DNA of 64,000 bases from positions 1,674,001 to 1,738,000 of the forward strand of contig JBHGNT010000010.1 of NCBI GenBank assembly GCA_043228905.1, given 5' to 3'. The stretch is from Azolla caroliniana. Lineage: Eukaryota; Plantae; Polypodiophyta. The notes under the pieces are model-generated. The model was not told where the DNA came from. It was given only the letters and a program-made list of their open reading frames with translations, and did no database searches. The first letter of the stretch is position 1, and each line of letters starts with the position of its first letter. Shown piece by piece: positions 58,735 through 64,000 of this stretch. Position numbers and translations under genes: made by a program.

Positions 58735-59265
58735 CATGGCACACCCGTGGGACAGTACCTTGTACGTCGAATCCACAACCGACCCTTGCTATTCTTCGTC
58801 CAAAATGTCCAGAATGCTTTGTTCGAGAGGCTCCAATGGTTCATCTGGAAGTGGTTGTTGTTGTTGTTGTTGTTGTTGCTCTGTTGTTGTTTGCTGCGGC
58901 GGGTCCGTTGGTGGTTGCTGCGGCTGCTCCTCCGTTTGTGGCTCTGACACCGGCGTCTCCGTCGTTGCTCCCTGCGTCGTAGTGGTCTCCGGTTGACTGG
59001 TTCCCGGCTGGCCCTCAGCCGGCGACGGTTCCTCATCACTAAGGTTAACCGTTGTTGCTTCCCGTGCTTTTTCTTCCCGCAACAACCACCAACGGACTCG
59101 CCGCAGCAAACAGCAACAGAGCAGCAACAACAACAACAACAACAACCACTTCCATATGAACCATTGGAGCCTCTCGAACAAAGCATTCTGGACATTTTGG
59201 ACGAAGAATAGCAAGGGTCGGTTGTGGATTCGACGTCCAAGGTACTGTCCCACGGGCGTGCCATG

Positions 59266-59699
59266 TGTTACCAGCCGGCAAAGGAGTCTAGAGTGGGAAA
59301 CGGAGAGCTAATTAAGTAGTAGGAATATGGTTGTAATTAAGCTATGAGTGTGGACGGACGGACCGGAATCGGTATGCCGTTCCGGATCCGGACCGATCCC
59401 GAACAGGTGCGGATGGCACCGTTTTGTAATACAGACCGGAAACCTATTTAAAGGCTCGGATACAATGTAATAGAGAGCGGTTAATTAATGAAAGCTTAAG
59501 CGTTGTTATCTCTCTGTGTTAATTGCCGTTCTGTCTTAATTGTTATATCTTATGCGTGTTATGAAAGACGATCCTAATAAGTAACTTAACTAAGTTGGAT
59601 TAAGCGTTGAAGTATAATCCGGTTGCCGTAACACCATTTGGTGAAGTGTCTCATGTAGACACCCTGTGTTAGGCCATTGTCCGACCCGAAGAGTTAACA
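59266..59699 (+). repeat. 3' LTR (copy A3) of the nested element
   Basis: 434 bp with 9 substitutions versus A1 by eye, followed by the TSD TACTC. Confidence 0.95.
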
Positions 59700-59994
59700 T
59701 ACTCAACATCATTATGGCTATAGGCATTTCTTTACGTAACGAAATATCGAAGTCACCAACGGGGATTTCGACAATAAAAAATTGTTGAAAAAAGGGATGG
59801 TGACAACGCTATTCTCACAAAAATGTGAGGAGGGCCACCAATATCCTTTCCCCGAAAAGGAAAACATTCGATTTAAAATCATGTAATAACTTATATACAC
59901 ATATGTATATTATCACATATATACGATCAACTACGTATACACGTGACCACATATGCTATATTAAACAAATCCTTATATTTAATAACCAAAAATG

Positions 59995-60205
59995 ATGTAA
60001 TCGAGATATGTAATCGAGGCATATACCTCTATGCACACAAGACATCCAAAAATAAGGGTTAATCGTAATACGCAATTGAGGTATTGACCTCTTACGCATA
60101 CGAGACCAAACGCATATCATTTACAACGAATCGAGGTATTGACCTCATACGCAAACGTAACATATGTTTGTGAACGTAATACGCAATTGAGGTATTAACC
60201 TCGTG
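59995..60205. repeat. Short degenerate repeats (CGTAATACGCAATTGAGGTATT(G/A)ACCTC) in the chromovirus 5' leader
   Basis: Copies lie near 60063, 60130 and 60175, with partial copies near 60000. Confidence 0.7.
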
Positions 60206-60488
60206 CACATACGACACTCATCACATATTCAATATACATCCTCATACACATATCTAAACGTTTCATACAGCCAATGAATTACCACTACAACATCATTGAA
60301 TTAATGAAAAAATCTACATATTAACCATACACGTGATTAGATGGGAGAAGAAAAAATAGACAAAAAAAAACAAGAAAGATTACCGAAGTTCCTTTGTTGA
60401 TCCTTGTCTACATGAAGGCCGGTCGCACGTAGATCGATCGCCATCAATCAAGAACACAAAAGACAACAAAAGAAACACTAGAAAATGA

Positions 60489-60500
60489 GCTCTGATACCA
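60489..60500 (-). promoter_or_regulatory. Primer-binding site complementary to initiator tRNA-Met
   Basis: Minus-strand TGGTATCAGAGC lies 2 nt inside the 5' LTR boundary. This is the standard plant tRNA-iMet PBS. Confidence 0.93.
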
Positions 60501-60502
60501 AC

Positions 60503-60958
60503 TGTTAGAGACATGAACTAATGTAAGCATTAGATAAGGATAGAATATAGATCTAGATAGAAAGGAGAGACAGAAAGAAGGGTGTTGATCCACTCGACCA
60601 CCCCCGAGCGAAGGGATCGAGACGAACTCGAGCCTCGATCGGCGTCCCATACCACTGTCGTGGCGTCGAGTTTGTACCTAGTGCTGGCGTGCTCGCTACA
60701 AGAGTTGACCCACCACAAGACAGAGTCTCGACGTAGTCAACAAGATGATCAAATGAGGGTAGCTAGGCCTCTTATTTATAGCGATCCCAAGGCCCCCATG
60801 CAAGTTCACACTTGGTCTAATGGGTTGTCTCAATCCCGAGGATTTAAAAGTAATCCTCCCCTTCTTTACACTCTCGTTTAACCCTCACACTTATCCACGT
60901 GTATAGAATACTACGGTAAATTCTCACCACGGGATATTATATGGTCATGCCCGTAACA
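60503..60958 (-). repeat. 5' LTR of the chromovirus
   Basis: TGTTAGAGAC...CCCGTAACA, followed on the minus strand by the PBS TGGTATCAGAGC. Confidence 0.96.
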
Positions 60959-60989
60959 CATCCCATTATTGTATAATTTGTTTCATGAG

Positions 60990-61465
60990 CTAAACCGAAC
61001 CGTGAAACCGTAGCTTAACGCTTTTAACGATTTGATGGTTTTTAAATATTTTTTATTTTTTTAAAAAATTTAAAATTTGTAAACAACATTTTCCCTTTTA
61101 AGCTTAATTCTCACATTTTAGGAAAAATCTTTAAAATTTTGAAAAATAAAAAATTATAAAATTTGAATTTTGACCTAAGTTGAAGACCGAAACCAAACCA
61201 CGAAACCGCGGTTGAATAGTTTAACGTATTGGATTTTTACCAAACAATTCGATTAAATGGTTTCGTGGTTTGGTTCGGTGACCTAAGTTGAAAACCGAAA
61301 CCAAACCACGAAACCGCGGTTGAATAGTTTAACGGATTGCATTTTTTCCAAATAGTTCGATTAAATGGTTTCATGGTTCGGTTCGGTTCAATTTTCAACG
61401 GTTCGATTTTAAACTGGTTCGGTTTGGACGCTCTTAAACCGAACCGAACCATTGCCAATTGTTAC
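60990..61465. mobile_element. CCGAA/GGTTC-rich repeat, probable non-autonomous DNA-transposon end, with an internal ~108-bp tandem duplication
   Basis: Many AACCG/CGGTT motifs in both orientations. TGACCTAAGTTGAA...AACCGCGGTTGAATAGTTTAACG occurs at ~61171 and ~61278. It ends TTGCCAATTGTTA like the copy at 27018. Confidence 0.6.
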
Positions 61466-63076
61466 TTAGAACACATTAATATATCTTTCTTTCTCTTTCT
61501 CATCAAATTGGATGCAATGAATGCAAATTGACGAGGGTTATATATTGTCATATAAATCATGATGCCATGTAACAATTGAGATTTCCTACATGGATAAGAG
61601 CTTCAACTTGGAAAAAAAAGAGAATGCTTTTAATCAAGACTTTTAGGATTATAGACATATGAATTACAAGTAAAAATGCAAGAATTGATGTGATGCTACT
61701 ATTGAAATGAGATGATTATCAATGCCTTGTAAACACCAACAAAGTATACATGAAAGAAATCAAACAAAAATGCACGCTAAGTGACAAATGCCTTAATATA
61801 GGTGTATTTCTCCAAAATGTATAAACGAATCCATGCATATTCTACCTGTTTTGTAAGGTTTGTTATGCATACTTGATAATGAAGGAAATAAGAGGTGGAA
61901 TTATCCTCCTTTCTTTAGTGTCTCTAACATGCTTAATGTGCTTTTTAGCTGAACATGAAGGGACAAAAGGTCATGAGTGATCTCAATAATGAGAAGAAGA
62001 TTTAATATCTGAAAATGGACTATTATTTCTTCATATAATTTCAATTTCCTTCTCAAGAGGAAGAGACAAACATGCTTTACATGCTAGCGGTTCTAGGGAT
62101 ATTCTACCAAAATAGCCTTAGTATTTTTCTTACATGGTTTGACAAAAACTAGACGTTATTGTACATAGTTGCGCTACAATCTAACACACATCTAAAATGA
62201 GGACTTGCATTAAAACATGATAGCACAAACCTATTCCTTACATTAACAAACCCCCTAGAACCAACTCCCTAGGTATGTGGTTTTTAACTATAATTTATGA
62301 GATGATGAGGCACAACTTAATCAATTTAGGCCCTTAAAGATGGTATGCCAATCACTCATCAACAATATATAATTAAGCTTGGAAAACATCATGAATTCAA
62401 AAATTTAAACGCTATGCATAGGTTCATGTATTGATGTTTGAATATTGAATCTTTGTCTATGTCAAGACGAAAGATGTGTTCACCACAATCTTTTCGTATG
62501 TACACCACCACAAAATTCTAGCAAAAGGATAAGGTAATAACATTCTATGAAGCTAGGGAGAAATTGGATAAAGAAAGTATGTGGACATTGTTTTTTTTTT
62601 TTCCAAAATGAAGCTACTGTCCCATTAGTTAGGAAGGATTATTACATAGAGAGTCTATAAGGAGACTTATACACACAAAGAAATTCCAAACATATAAGGA
62701 TAAGACATTGTACATATAGATACATACATAAGAAAGAAACATAATCCTCTCCATGTCTAAATTTAAGTCACATCTCATAACTAAAACATAGTTATGAATT
62801 AAATATATACCCTAGTAGTAAGCCATTGTGGGCATGTAAAATGTAGAGGTTGGACAACATGATCTTTAGTCTTGCATGAAAAATGATCAAATACATACAC
62901 ACATACATCATGCAATTGACATTTTTTTCACATATCAAACTTTGTGCTTCAAAGTATTAATATCCCTTCTTAGGAAGGAGATACACATCAAGGAAACTTG
63001 TCTACTTAGGTCCCATGGGTCAATATTGGCCTCTCTATGGATTCTAAAAAGATGTTTAATTTACTCTCTCTCTCTG

Positions 63077-63112
<36 letters not shown>

Positions 63113-63117
63113 TGTAT

Positions 63118-64000
63118 ATAGTTAAACTAATGTTATTCAATGCCATGGTAACTCAAGTATTGCTATATGGAGTAGAAGTATGGGGTGACATCATCTCTCT
63201 TAATGCATGGATGAGATTGAGAAAATTCAAAATATGTTTTTAAGGAGGCAATTAGGAGTTAAATGCACTACCTCATACTAGGATATGCTCTTGGAAACAG
63301 GTGTTCGGCCCATATAGGTATTGGCACTCCAAAGAGTATATAGATACATTACAAAAGTCAAGAATATGTTGAATCATTGATTACCACATCTTGCTTGGAA
63401 TGTTGGATGTAAGCTAAAAAGAATCATAAGAGTAAAATTCTCTCATCCGGTTGAGTTGTTGACATAAGAAAATGGTTCCAAAGATGTGGCGTGGATAATC
63501 TTTTAGAGCTTTTGGGCGATGCTATGCATTATGTAATAATGCAAGAAAGGTTGGTGAAATCATTAAGGATGAAGTGGGAAAATGCTAACAAGACAAAGCT
63601 AGAATACTACATGGCAAATGTCAACCTTGAATGTTGGTCTCAATATAATGCGAAAATGCTTATTGATCGTATCCAACCTTATCTCATTATTAATATGAGT
63701 ATTAATGCTCATAGAGCCCTCACACTACTTCACACTCGATCTCACAAGTTAGGTATTGAAGTTGCATCATGGTATCAAAATGTAGCGAATTTGAAGGCAT
63801 GGTAGAAGATGAATGTCACTTGCTCTTCACATGCACGGTATATAGTGCAATTCGTTCAAGATATGTTGACATATTAAGAGGGAGTTATAACTTAAGTGCC
63901 ATACTTAAGACACCACCAAGAAAGTTGAGCTCATATGTGTATGCCTTATTCACACATAGAGACTTTGTGCTTCAATGTATGACTACCCCTTTTTAGGGCG
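63118..64000 (+). mobile_element. 5'-truncated, decayed non-LTR retrotransposon (post-RT region and C-terminal CCHC domain; RTEX-like)
   Basis: KLMLFNAMVTQVLLYGVEVWG, EKIQNMFLRRQLGVK, LLETG and TRSHKLGIE...VEDECHLLFTCTVYSAIRSRY across frameshifts. It begins right after a (TATG)n tract. The clade assignment is tentative. Confidence 0.8.

Larger units (their letters stand above)
56871..59699 (+). mobile_element. Nested non-autonomous LTR retroelement with three LTR copies (direct 56871-57304, inverted 58297-58734, direct 59266-59699)
   Basis: Terminal 434-bp direct repeats with TGTTA...TAACA ends, a 5-bp TSD TACTC (56866-56870 and 59700-59704), and a PBS-like TGGCGACCACGATGGGA at 57312-57328. 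No gag or pol motifs were found inside. Confidence 0.93.
51357..60958 (-). mobile_element. Full-length but decayed Ty3/gypsy LTR retrotransposon, chromovirus branch
   Basis: Two 456-bp TG...CA LTRs (51357-51812, 60503-60958), 5-bp TSD CATCC (51352-51356, 60959-60963), tRNA-iMet PBS and PPT. Domain order on the minus strand is gag-PR-RT-RH-IN-chromodomain. Confidence 0.97.

Noticed and set aside
56871-59699. Retrozyme (hammerhead ribozyme in the LTRs)
   Set aside because: A CTGANGA core appears only in the inverted copy (CCTGAAGAG). The terminal LTRs read CCCAAAGAG and CCCGAAGAG, and I could not build a hammerhead fold.
56871-59699. DIRS/Ngaro tyrosine-recombinase element
   Set aside because: The 5-bp TSD, TG...CA termini and tRNA-type PBS indicate integrase-type LTR insertion. 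There is no YR, RT or MT coding sequence.

Overview
Land-plant nuclear DNA. A fern-like non-seed vascular plant is my guess from the compact intron-rich genes, dense (TATG)n/(GA)n microsatellites and TE content. The first 44 kb holds six spliced housekeeping genes, with exons worked out by hand: a Sec14/CRAL-TRIO protein, a RabH1 (Rab6) GTPase, dynamin-related protein DRP1, the PP2A activator PTPA and an NAD-isocitrate dehydrogenase regulatory subunit (all +), and APS kinase (-). The right third is repeat-rich. It contains a full-length but decayed Ty3/gypsy chromovirus (51357-60958, minus strand, TSD CATCC). Nested in that element's 5' leader is the most unusual object in the window: a 2.83-kb non-autonomous LTR element (56871-59699, TSD TACTC) carrying three copies of its ~434-bp LTR in direct/inverted/direct order, which creates a hairpin with ~625-bp arms. 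LINE remnants, a CCGAA-rich dispersed repeat, a short interstitial telomere-like tract and several local tandem duplications are also present. All identities and mismatch counts were made by eye, and no database was searched.
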